This document shows positions 1-11,789 of a stretch of DNA of 51,767 nt, piece by piece. How positions within the stretch are numbered: the stretch's first letter is position 1; each line of letters begins with the position of its first letter. The notes beneath the pieces were generated by a model. The model was not told where the DNA came from. It searched no databases and was given only the letters and a program-made list of their open reading frames with translations. The stretch spans positions 83,802,855 to 83,854,621 of the forward strand of contig NC_068982.1 in NCBI RefSeq assembly GCF_001194135.2, given 5' to 3'. Made by a program: the position numbers and the translations under genes. This DNA comes from Octopus bimaculoides (taxonomy: Eukaryota).

Positions 1-207
1 CCCTGCTCAGTATGTAGAAAAGGAGTAGGTAGTAACTCTATAAGATGTACCCGGTGCAAGCTATGGACACATAAGAGGTGCAGCAACATCAAAGGCAGGT
101 TAACTAGGAAGTTAGTTTTTGTTTGTGGCAGATGTTCAGGTGCAATAAAAACTGTAAACAAACAGGAAACAACTTCTATCTCATTCCAGGGTGAAAAACT
201 AGAGGTA
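1..207 (+). mobile_element. RTE-clade LINE fragment (Cys/His finger region of the RT ORF)
   Basis: Translates PCSVCRKGVGSNSIRCTRCKLWTHKRCSNIKGRLTRKLVFVCGRC; very similar to 48802-49040. Confidence 0.85.
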
Positions 208-720
208 TCTCAAAGCTTGTTCCTATCTCGAATTTATTACATTACCCTTGGCTGTAAAAATCTGGTAAACATCTTCCAAACGTAAGTCACAGTTCCTGGT
301 TCCAGGTCTGTATGGTTTTGCAGTACATATTAATTCCCAATTGACAGTGTAGTCTTTGTTTCTGTCCTTAATAGACCAGATTAATTTGCTATGACTTGTT
401 TGGAATCTAATTTTTATCTCTAAATGAACTCAAATGATTTGCTAATCTCTTCTTGAAAATGAACGATATCCCACCGATGTAAAAATATTCATTACCCTCA
501 AATGTAACTTTACATCTATACATTACATTTTTAGTCCTACACTTATTTTTCATATAAAAGGATTGCTGTTTAGAACAATTGCAAAGATAATTTTTTTATA
601 TTTCTCTCAGATACAGTCTTAATTTGATCATTCATGGTAGAATCAAATTCATTTCCACTAAGTTTTTTATTACTATTTACTCCTTTAGATAACTTAAGAT
701 ATTATATTATCATTATTATC
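208..720 (-). mobile_element. Decayed Penelope-like element, GIY-YIG endonuclease region
   Basis: Minus strand reads ...SKLIWSIKDRNKDYTVNWELICTAKPYRPGTRNCDL...INSR, with an upstream CNC...C...NVMYRCKV Cys-rich linker typical of PLEs; contains stops. Confidence 0.7.
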
Positions 721-1292
721 ATTTACTTATTTATCTATAAGGTTTCATCTACCCCATGCTGCATGTTATAGTAAAGATAAGAAATCCAATTTTTGAATTC
801 TGTTTACTGTTGCTCTAAATCTCGAAAATTCCATCTCTTCATTTGTTTTGTTACTCACTATCTTATCCAAATGTTCTATTATTACCGCTACTGTAGCCCT
901 AATTCTCAAAACTTTCACCCCTCTCTCTCGCTCTCTCTCAGTTTTGTTACCCACTATATTTTTGCTTGCCCATACTATGTCTGTATCCTTGCTTTCCCAT
1001 GTTGACTGTTAATTAGTGGCTTTTGCTGTTTGTGGATATGTTACATTGCCTTAGGCTATGAAATAGGGTATATATATATATATNNNNNNNNNNNNNNNNN
1101 NNNNNNNNNNNNNNNNNNNNNNNNNNNNNNNNNNNNNNNNNNNNNNNNNNNNNNNNNNNNNNNNNNNNNNNNNNNNNNNNNNNNNNNNNNNNNNNNNNNN
1201 NNNNNNNNNNNNNNNNNNNNNNNNNNNNNNNNNNNNNNNNNNNNNNNNNNNNNNNNNNNNNNNNNNNNNNNNNNNNNNNNNNNNNNNNNNNN

Positions 1293-1500
1293 AGAGAGTA
1301 AATCCAAAAAGAGAAGATCAAACATGAAAAAACAACAACGTGAGGACATAGTACTTGTAATGTATTAGCAAACACTCAGGAAAGAAAAGAAAGATGGTTT
1401 AATGTTTCGAGCAAAGCCCTTCAGAAATAGAGGAAAGTCCACAAGAAGGGAAGACGGAGGAAGAAAATCGCCAACAATTCACATGTAGTTACATTTTGAT
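1293..1500 (-). repeat. pLTR-like interspersed repeat with a degenerate hammerhead-like motif (about 1398-1427)
   Basis: Reverse-strand homolog of 18177-18357; minus strand reads tttctgaag..gctcgaaacattaaa. Confidence 0.5.
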
Positions 1501-2138
1501 CTGCCTCTGTGAAACATTTGAAACAATAAAATTCTTATTCCTATAGAAAAAGGCCCTTAAAATTTTAATTAGTTTAAGAACTTTTATAAGAAGCTGACCC
1601 TTAGTGAAATATGGGCCCCAAATTATGTCACTTGAAAGGAAGAGTGTATCTGGTAAGCATAGAAAGTACTTATTTGTATCAAAGTCAGTGGGGTAGCTTC
1701 TATAGTGTCTCCCAACCTGCTAGAAATACCAGCTACATTTCTTTCAAATTACATCTTATCAAATAAGGATACATTCGACTCTTGTTACACCAAATGGTTG
1801 GATAGTCACCTCTGAAGCACTTTTGATCATACATCTACTTGATCAGTATTGATCTGAGGTAAAACACTTTTAGCAATAATTATATTATTCCAAAATTATG
1901 TCAGCTGGTTTAGCTGCATTTTCAGAGAGTTTGGGAAACAAGTAACTTCAAATATATGTTTCCTTTTTAGTTGTTAAGAATAATTTGAAGTGCTTGAACA
2001 TATGTATTTCAAAAAATTTCAAATGTAATTTTGACCAGTTGAAAAGCATCTAAATGATTTATTTTAAAATCTGTACAGCATACAGAATTTTTTCAACATG
2101 TTCCTTGCTATCTTTCACTTTGTCAAAGTCAGATTTAA

Positions 2139-2356
2139 CCCTTTGGCATTTAGTTATTTTAGTTGAATGTAATGCTTATTTATTCACATTGTTTTGAGTT
2201 GGTCACACATTATGTTATAGCTTTAAGATTTCAATGGTGTTTAAATATTTTTAGAATGATATTGTAGAATCAGTGTGCAAGGCCAAATCTGACCAGTTTG
2301 AACATAAAACAGATCAAATATTTGGGCCAGACATGGCTGGCTTAAATGCTAAAGGG
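2139..2356. mobile_element. piggyBac-type MITE
   Basis: TTAA at 2135-2138 and 2357-2360; TIRs ccctttggcattta / taaatgctaaaggg match at 13 of 14 positions. Confidence 0.75.
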
Positions 2357-4239
2357 TTAAAAGTTAAAATATGATTTTAAATATTTATAAGAACAGTATG
2401 ATTCAAAAAGTGTGTAAATAAGAACACATTTAAAAAATTTAAATTAAAACAAATTACCTTCTATGGATACAAACTTGTTGAGTATAGATTTTCCACGAGA
2501 ACTCTCCTTCCTCAGCCAGCCCATGTGTGTACATGTATCCATAGACAACAATGATTGACATGCTGGAAGCAAAATTCCTAACAAGGTAAATATGAGTGGA
2601 AAAAGGAAAAGTCATCTTTTAAAAATATAAACAAACCATATGAATATGTCAGCATATTTGACCCAATTGAATATACATAGCTGAGGACGTTACAGATGTT
2701 ATCAAAAGACCTAGAGTTTTGTTCCAAAGTACTTTTCAAAATGAACTATGCCTTGGCATGAAGCTCTCTCTGAGTAATCCTTGTAGTATTCACAATAATT
2801 AAAACCATTATATGTATTTTGCTTTACATACTGATATATTTATTGCTCCTGTGATGGTATAGAATTGAACAGTAAATTCTTTTTCCATCTCCTCCGAGCA
2901 TTCACACGTGATCAGAATAGTTACATATAATTTCTTTTGAGGGTTTTATTGCATTTTGTAGTGTTAGAGAGCAGGCCAAACAAATATACATGAATAGTGG
3001 CTGGATGCTGGCCATCAAAATATGTTAATATGCCTATGGGTCATACATGCCACAGTTTTGAGCTACATCTTCAGAGATTTCTTCTCAATTGGTATCAAAA
3101 AGAGAAAAATCTAAAATGAGGATTAATCATTTTTTACAATGAAGAACAATTACAAAAGAAAGGAGCAACAACTTTGTAATGTAATTCAAAAGGCAATGTA
3201 ATTCTGATGACTGCACCAATGAATATAGAAATGGGACAAATGCATCCAATTGAAACATTCAAAGCCATTTTTTAGATCCTGCTGAAAGGAACAAGGACAT
3301 TAGATGGAACAATCAAAATATTAAAATGAAAAATAAATTTATCAAGAAAAACCCCCCCCACAAAATCCAAAAGAGCAAAAGGACTTAGTATTCACCATCA
3401 GTGTGAAGAGTAATGTGAATATGTTATATTCACACTGCTCTTCTTTAACTACTTTCCTCTTATTTTCTCATTTTAACACTTAGTTGTCAAAATGTTTCAA
3501 TTCCTATTTCTTAAGCTTATTATAGTCCTTTTATTTACCTCTTGATGTTAATTACTTTTGCTGTTGTTGTTGTCCTTCTTGTCATTGTCATCATCAACAT
3601 TATCGTTGTTATTACTGTGATGCATATAGATGAGGACAACTATATGCTAATTACTCTAAGTGGATAGAACTTGTGGAAGAGGGAGGCCAAGAGACAAAGT
3701 AGTGGAGGCTGGTCTCAAGGTGCTGAGTTTCATGGAGGAGATGACAAAGAATCAAAATGATTAGTGATTTGCTGTGCCTGAGAACCTACCTTCCACATAA
3801 GAAATGATTTACTGTCCTGTCAAGCATTCCCCACATTTCATTCCCTTAACACTTAGTTTTTCATCGCTTCTCTACCCATGACACTACTTGGCAGCTGTAA
3901 TCACTTGAGAGCTGTACTACTACCTCTTTCTTAGCATAACCAGTTACCTCCTCCCATCCCCCAAAACTACTTCTACACCTTATCTTCCATTCTGCACCCA
4001 CACTGTTTTCACTGATCACCTCCTTTCTGAGCCTTCAATTATATTTATCCTCTGCCAAACTCCTCACACTATACACACTATAATTAGGAAGAGCATCCAG
4101 CCATAGAAACCATACCAAAGTTGACACTAGAACTTAGCACAGCCCTGAAGCTCACTGGATCCTGTCAAACCATGCCAGTATAGAAAACAAATGTTAATGA
4201 TGATGCTAATGATAACGATATTACATGCCACATTAATTA

Positions 4240-4900
4240 GCAGGGATATTGTCTTGAGGTCTGGTGGCAGCAAGTCTCCTCATATCTCAAGAATTTCTAA
4301 CAGAGTACAGGATTGCACTTTTCTGCAGGTTGACAAGGCGAGTTTCAATTTCAGTATTCTTCAGCCTCTTAGGCAGCAGTTTGGGCATTGTGCCAATTGT
4401 ACCAATCAACACAGGAATAACAATCATTTCAATCTTCCACAATCCATTCATCTATGTAGCTAGGTCCTGATATTTCTCATTTTTTTTCAATTTCTTTGTC
4501 CTCAATAATCATATTTTGTTTTATTACTTGAATAAAGTTAGTCTTTATGGAGACACCCCATCAATTCTTATAATTCTTACTCTCTATCGGAGCTTCTGGT
4601 TTGTGTTCATACTTCTTTTCTGTTACTTTGAAACCACATACTCAGTTAACATCTCAGTCCACTCTTTTATGTACACAGTCATACCTGCACGTATATTGTT
4701 TACATGCTAACTTACTGTGTCCACTCATCTTCCTTCCCACAAAACCTGCATTAGCACACTCACTGAATTTTATATTTACTTTTATCAGATTTGTCATAAC
4801 AGCTTGAATCTGAGCAGCTATATAAGTTCTTCAGTTTCTAGTTTCAGGCTTCTGTCTATCAACCACAACCAGTGTTCTTTACTTTCCAACATCTTCAAGC
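4240..4900 (-). mobile_element. Decayed R4/Dong-clade non-LTR retrotransposon, C-terminal CCHC and restriction-like endonuclease region
   Basis: Minus-strand remnants IAAQIQAVMTNLIK, KKYEHKPE, EKYQDLA..LWK...IPVLIGTIG, LQKSAIL. Confidence 0.7.
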
Positions 4901-4904
4901 TGTT

Positions 4905-4905
<1 letters not shown>

Positions 4906-4948
<43 letters not shown>
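4906..4948. repeat. (CA)n microsatellite
   Basis: Directly visible. Many more (TA)n, (CA)n, (CT)n, (AAT)n, (GTT)n and (TACA)n tracts occur, e.g. 8237-8276, 10018-10050, 23961-24025, 47388-47442. Confidence 0.95.
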
Positions 4949-4951
<3 letters not shown>

Positions 4952-4975
4952 TATATATGTATATGTAAAAGTGTC

Positions 4976-7925
4976 ATCATCATCATCGTTTAACATCCAC
5001 TTTCCATGCTAGCATGGGTTGGACAATTTGACAGAGGACTGGTGAACCAGATGGCTACACCAGGCTCCAACCTGATTTGGCTGAGTTTTTACAGCTAGAT
5101 TCCCTTCCTAACGCCAACCACTCTGAGAATGTAGTGGCTACTTTTACATGCCACCGGCACGAAGGCCAGTCTGGCAGTACTGGCAATCGCTACGCTCAAA
5201 ATGGTGTATTTTACATGCCACTTGCACAGCAGCCAGTCCAGCGGCACTGGCAACGACCTCGCGAGAATGTCTTTTCACACGACACTGTCACAAGTGCCAG
5301 TAAGGTGATGCTGGTAACGATCACGCTCAAATGGTACTATTTACCTGCCACTGGCACAGAAGCCAGACAGCTGCTCTGGCAATGATCACGCTCGGATGGT
5401 GCTCTTAGCGCTCTACTGGTACAGGTGCCATCATGATTTCGCTTTCACTTGCCCCAAAAGGTCTTCGCAAGCCGAGTTTAGTGTCCAATAAAGGAGAGGT
5501 TGGCAAGGGTGCCAGTGGTCAAATTTGGTTCGATTTCAATTTCACTTGCCTCAACAGGTCTTCGCAAGCAGAGTTTACATATAAGTGGGCTGGCTACACT
5601 TTTGGCAGAGGCCTCAGATTATGGTGGCACTTGGCTTGCTGGGACTTCTCATGCACAGCATATTTCCAAAGGTCTCGGTTACAAGTCATTGCCTCGGTGA
5701 GGCCTAATGTTTGAAGGTCGTACTTCACCACCTCATCCCAGGTCTTCCTGGGTCTGCCTCTTCCCTCAACCGCTAGGGTGTGGCACTTTTTCACACAGCT
5801 ATTCTCATCCATTCTCGCCACATAACCATACCAGCGCAATCGTCTCTCTTGCACACCACAACTCATGCTTCTTAGGTTCAACTTTTCTCTCAAGGTACTT
5901 ACACTCTGTTGAGTATGCACACTGACATTACACATCCATCTGGCTTTATTCCTTGCAAGCTTACGCATGTCCTCAGCAGTCACGGCCCATGTTTCACTGC
6001 CATGTAGCATGGCTGTTCGTACACATGCGTCATACTGTCTGCCTTTTACTCTGATCGAGAGGCCCTTTGTCACCAGCAGAGGTAAGAGCTCTCTAAACTT
6101 TACTCAGGCTATTCTTATTCTAGTAGCTACACTTTCAGCGCACCCTTCCCTACTACTAACTTGGTCACCTAGATAGCAGAAGCTATCAACTATGTCTAGT
6201 TTTTCTCCCTAGAATGTGGCAGAAGTTGTTTTCAGCACATTTTCAGTGTTTATTGCTCCTGAAAATTTGCCACATACAAAAACTAACTTCCTAGTTAGCC
6301 TTCTATTGATATTGCTGCACCTCTTATGTGTCCATAGCTTACAGTGGGTACATCTTATAGAGTTTCTACCTACGTCTTTTCTAGAGATCGGCCGGGCCAT
6401 CTACCTGAAGGCATTTGTGTTTTGTCTACCTTCCTACTTATTAGGACTTTGGTTTTACCTAGGTTAACTCTAAGGCCCTTCGATTCTAGTCCTTGCTTCC
6501 ACACCTGAAACTTCTCCTAGTTCTGATAGTGACTCAGCAATTAGCTCAAGGTCATCAGCATAGAAGAGCTCCCAGGGGCATCTTGACTTCAATTCCTCTG
6601 TTATTGCCTGGAGAACTATGATAAATAGGAGGGGGATGAGAACTGAACCTTGGTGGACCCCTACCTCTACCCAGAATTCTTCACTGTACTCGTTGCCAAC
6701 CCTCACCTTACTGACAGTGTCTCTGTACATAGCTCGCACAGCTCTCACTAACCATTCTTCTATCCCTAGTTTCCGCATTGGATTAGGGGACCCTGTCAAA
6801 GGCTTTCTCCATGTCAACGAAAGCCAGGTACAGATGTTTATCTTTGGCTAGGTATTTCTCCTGCAGCTGTCATACCAGAAATATAGCATCACTGGTGCTT
6901 TTCCCTGGCATGAACCCAAACTGCAGCTCATCTAAACTGACTCTCTCCCTAATTAGTTGGGCTATGACCCTCTCCGTGACTTTCATTACCTGATCCAACA
7001 ACATGATACCTCTGTAATTATTTGTATCTAAAGCATCACCTTTACCTTTGTAGCAATTGACTATGGTGCTGCTACACTAGTCATTGGATATGACTCCTTC
7101 GTGTATCACCCTGTTGACAATACGGGTGACTAGGCTATAGCCGACACTGCCAGATATTTTGAGCATCTCTGCAGTGATTCTTGATGGGCCGTGGGCTTTC
7201 CCTGTCTTCATACTCTTAATTGCTTTATCTACCATGGTACTGTCAACTTGGATAGCTGGTCCCTCTGTTGGGTCGACTTTCGGCAGACTCTCTTTTTCCC
7301 ATTCATTCTCTTTATTGAGCAACCTTTCATAGTGGAGTCTCCAAACCTCTCTCTTTGCAGCCTCGTTTAGTGCACGTGTACCATCATCCATGCGAACACA
7401 TTTCTCTCCCACATCACGATTCTCTCTCACACACTGTCTTGCAACATGAAATACCTCGAGTCTTTGGTCCTCACGGCACAGAACATTGGCAAACTTTTTC
7501 TTATCTGCTTCCCCTCTGGCTAAATAAACCTGTCGCTTAGCTTCCCTTCTGCCAGTCTGATACAATTCCCTGCTACCACCGTTCTTCCAGTCCTTCCAAG
7601 CCTGTTTCTTTTTTCTAATAGCTCTGTCAACAACATTGTTCCACCACCACGTTATTTTGGTTCGAGAGGAGACTTTGCACCATCCACAGATCTGGTCGGT
7701 GGCTCTCAGCAGGTTGTCCCGTAGAAACCTCTAGTTGTCTTCTACAGCGTGTGAAGCTATATCCCCTTCTATTTCAGCAAAGGCTTCGAGTAATAAGTCT
7801 CTAAATCTCTGTCCATTTGCAGGATCTTTAAGCTTCCAGACCCTTCTCCTCCATGCTGGTCGTCTTCTGGGCAACCACTTAGCCCTGATCCTGAAGTTAC
7901 TAACTACTAGTCTATGTGGTAGCAA
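4976..7925 (-). mobile_element. 5'-truncated RTE-clade LINE (end of AP endonuclease, RT, 3' UTR, (ATG)n tail), frameshifted
   Basis: ORF-track pieces HRLVVSNFRI, TWWWN-type region, GVHQGSVLIPLLF..YADDL, Cys/His finger, YDACVRTAMLHGSETWA, RRLRWYGYVARM, RGRPRKTW; (cat)n tail at about 4976-4986. Confidence 0.92.
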
Positions 7926-8234
7926 GCGTATTTATATTTATAACTTAACCTTATGTACTTTCTAAAATCTCTGATGAAGCCTAGAGAAACACTCAAGTAC
8001 CTCAGTTTCATCTACTAATTACTTCAGTCCACTGGAGGGGGTAAAAGTAGAATGAGGTATTATTACCTCTTGGCTGAAACAGCTGTAAGATATTATCCCA
8101 ATTGCTGTATGTTATATATTTTAATAATTACTGATATTTTTATAATTGTCCTTTTAGTAAATAAATAAATTGACATAATATAATGTCTAAAAGTTGATGA
8201 ATACCACCTATTGATCCCCTCCATTTTCTTTTTG

Positions 8235-8278
<44 letters not shown>

Positions 8279-8282
8279 ATAG

Positions 8283-9370
8283 AAAAAGTAAACGACCAAA
8301 TTATCCAGTCATATATGGTCCTTAAAAAATAAAGGTGTGAGTTACAACATCCATTGGAAGATTTTAGCCAAGTGTAAACCCTACACCAACGGCAGCGGAA
8401 AGTGCGGTCTTTGTGATTTGGAAAGATGGCTCATCTGGAAAGGCAGCTTAGACCCCGCCACATGTCTAAATTCAAGAGCTAAACTTTTCGGATCATGTCC
8501 ACATGTGGCTAAATATTTGTTATGTTCTGGTCTCTCCAAGATCACTGATAGGACTTGCCTTCTATATTGTGTCTATGTACAAGCTTTTTATCTCTCTATA
8601 CTTTTTACTTATATTTCTTATATATTTTTTATATGTTTTTACATATTTATAGGTTTATCGCTCATATATTTCTTATACATATTTTTTCTGTATTCTACCT
8701 TCCACCTTGCTTTTTTCCTGTGCGTATATAGATGTGTTCATGGAACCTTTTGTGCGCATTTGTGGATGTGTGTGGGTAGTGCATATATAGATGTGTGTGT
8801 GTGTGTGCATGCGAGAATGTGCGCATACAGAAGTGTTTTACACTTATGGCGTTTTTACACTTTTTCTGTATTTTGCCTTTATCCCTGTTTTTTCTTTTGC
8901 ATGTGCGTATATAGACATGTGTATGAACCTTTTTTGCATGTGTGTGTGTGTGCAAGTGTGTTGTGCACATGTGCGTGTGTGTGAGCATGTATGCAGGTAT
9001 ATATATATTTTTTTTGGTGAATCTGTGGGTGAGCATAAGTGTGTTTCAAGTGAGGGTGGATGAGTATATACATATAGGCGCATGTATGCGGGTGTGCATG
9101 TGTATGTATGGACTGGTGTACTTATGCGAATACTATGGACATTTTTACTCCCTTACCTTTACTCCCTTCCCTCACTTAGCGGTCATTCTAATAGCTCTTT
9201 TGTCTTAATAACGGTCAATCACAAGGTAATTTCCATTTGTTTAATGGTCATTTCATAGCATTTTTCGATAGCCAGATAACTGAAGAGATAGCAGCATGGG
9301 TTTCTGCCCCGACATCTGAAACTTGGAGTTTTATTATGGCTACTGAATAATTGTTACATATCATTTACAG
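8283..9370 (+). mobile_element. 5'-truncated Penelope-like element (GIY-YIG C-terminus, 3' UTR, hammerhead-like motif at 9275-9335)
   Basis: LSSHIWSLKNKGVSYNIHWKILAKCKPYTNGSGKCGLCDLERWLI...CLNSRAKLFGSCPH; homologous to 42050-43130 on the opposite strand. Confidence 0.8.
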
Positions 9371-10014
9371 ATATATATATAAAAGATTAGTTGAGTTAGA
9401 GGTTAAAATAACAGTCTAAGGGATAGAAGTATCCATTACACTACAGGTATATTACCAATATTTAACCATGGGCAAACATAATGTTCATATGTTATAGGTA
9501 AAAACAAGGATAAACATGGGTTTATCAAGAATCAAAATTTAAAGAAAATAAGAAATTGAGAATTACTGATGAACAACAATTAACTTACATCAATTATTAT
9601 TTTGATTGGTGTTGAATGATTAATATCCTGAAGTCTAAACAACAAAGAAATCTGACATAAACTAATGCAAAAGTTACCCAAAGAAGTATGCATGTCAAAT
9701 TTATGGGTTCCCATAGAGTCCACGGACATTATAAATAATATTTAATTATATCTTATGGATATGTTGAGGTGGTCCCATAAAAATACATGTAATGCTGAAA
9801 CATATGTAACAATGTATCAATAAAAATATAGAATCTCAATCTATGAAATATTTCTCATTATTAATATATTTATCCTAAGCTACACAGAATATTACATAGA
9901 TAACAATTCCATACAGTTAACTCAACATGTTAGGAATAATATACAGTAGCCAACAAATAGCATAAGAAATTTTATGAGCACACTGGTAGACATCTGCCAT
10001 ATACAAAATACAAA

Positions 10015-10053
<39 letters not shown>

Positions 10054-10324
10054 AAGACAGAAAATGTAGAAGTACTGATAAACAACAATTGACTTACATC
10101 AATTATTATTCATTAATTCAATGCAGATAGACTGCATCCCATCTAACAGCTGTTTTTGCTTCCAATGTGTATACGTGTGAGTGTAATATGTATACGAATG
10201 TGTACGAACATGATCACCCTACTTTATATGTACTAACATCACCTTACACATCTGTAACAAGCCAAATTGTATCCTTAGCAGATCTTTACAGAGTTGATGC
10301 AAACACACACTTGTGCATGTATAT

Positions 10325-11760
10325 GTGTATCATAATCATCACCATCATTTACCATCCATTTTCAAGACAGAAGCTGACCAGCTAAAGGGATGTTCAGGCT
10401 CCATATCTATTTTGGCATGGTTTCTACAGCTCAATGCTCTTCCAGAAGCCAAACACTTTACAGAGTGTATTACATACTTTTACACAGCACCAATATGGGT
10501 GCTTTTTATGTGGTACAGCACTTATGAGCCTGCAACATTAGGGATGCTCAGCTGGAGAGGGTTGCAAGGGACAAACCTCTATACAAAGGCAGCCATGTTT
10601 TTACTTAACTTGGCATGTCTTTTCAAGCACAGTAAACTGCCAGGAGTTTTGTTCCCCTGTCGTCCCTTCCGTGAGTCCCAACATCTGATGATCCTTTTCT
10701 ACCACTTTGTTTCATGTCTTCCTGGGTCTACCCCTTCCACATGTTCCTTCTACAATTAGATATTGGCACCTCTTGATGCAACTGCCTTCATTTATAAACA
10801 ATACATGACTATACCAATGCAGTCTTCTCTCTTGAACACTACATCTGATGCCTCATATACCCAGTTTTTCTCTTAAATCACTTACACTCAGTCGTATATG
10901 CACACTGACATTAGCCATCCAGTGAAACATACTGGCATCATTTCTTTCAAGCCTTCATATATCCTCAGAAGTCAAAGCTTATGTCTCACTGCCATGTAGC
11001 ATAGCTGTTTGTCCACAGGCATCATACAATCTGCCTTTCACTGTGATGGGGAGGCCCTTCATTACTAACAGAGGTTGTGACTCTCTGAACTTCACCTAGC
11101 CTATTCTTATTCTAGCAGCTGTTTTCAGAACAACCTTCCCAACTACTAACTCGTCACCTAAGTAACAGAAACTGTCTACTACTTCTAAAGATCCCACTGA
11201 CATTTGAAGGAGTCTACTTTTTGTATATTCCTGGTGTTTAATGTACTTGCACATCTATCGTAGAGACTACTTTCTCTGTTAGTCTTCCAGTGATACTACT
11301 GCACCTCTTATGTGTCGATAGCTTGCACTGACTACACTCTATAGAGTTTCGCCTGACACCTTTTCTACACATCGAGCAGGGCCATCTTTCTGAAGGGATC
11401 TGTGATTTTTCTGTTTTCCTACTTATCAATATGTTGGTCTTTGCTAAATTAACTCTAAGACCCTTTGATTCTAGTCCATGCTTCCACACCTGAAATTTCT
11501 TCTCTAGTTCTGGCAGTGGTTCAGTAATAAGAAACAAGGTCATCAGCATAGAAGAGCTCCCAAGGGCAGCCAGTTTTAAATTCCTGAGTTAAAGCTTGGC
11601 GGACAATTAAAAATAAGAGGAGGCTAAGAACCAACCCCTGGTGGACTCCTACTTGTACACTAAACTCCTTCCGATACTCCCTGGCAACCCTCACCTTACT
11701 AACAGAATCCCTGTACAGCTTGTACAGCTCTCACCAACCACTCATCTATCCCTAATATAT
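10325..11760 (-). mobile_element. Older decayed RTE LINE (RT C-terminal half and 3' UTR)
   Basis: YADDL region, ELEKKFQVWKHGLESKGLRVNLAKT, WPCSMCRKGV...HKRC. Confidence 0.85.
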
Positions 11761-11789
11761 ATGGTGTCCTCAATGAGGCCTATGATGAG

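Noticed and set aside
2460-3400. Possible decayed coding sequence (weak pogo/DDE_1-like WLDAGH...LWVIHA; minus-strand AG...GT-bounded open segment at about 2460-2578)
   Set aside because: Motifs are too weak and interrupted to assign; the peptide is not recognised.
7968-8035. CTGATGA...GAAAC hammerhead-like string
   Set aside because: I could not find convincing stem I or stem II pairing.
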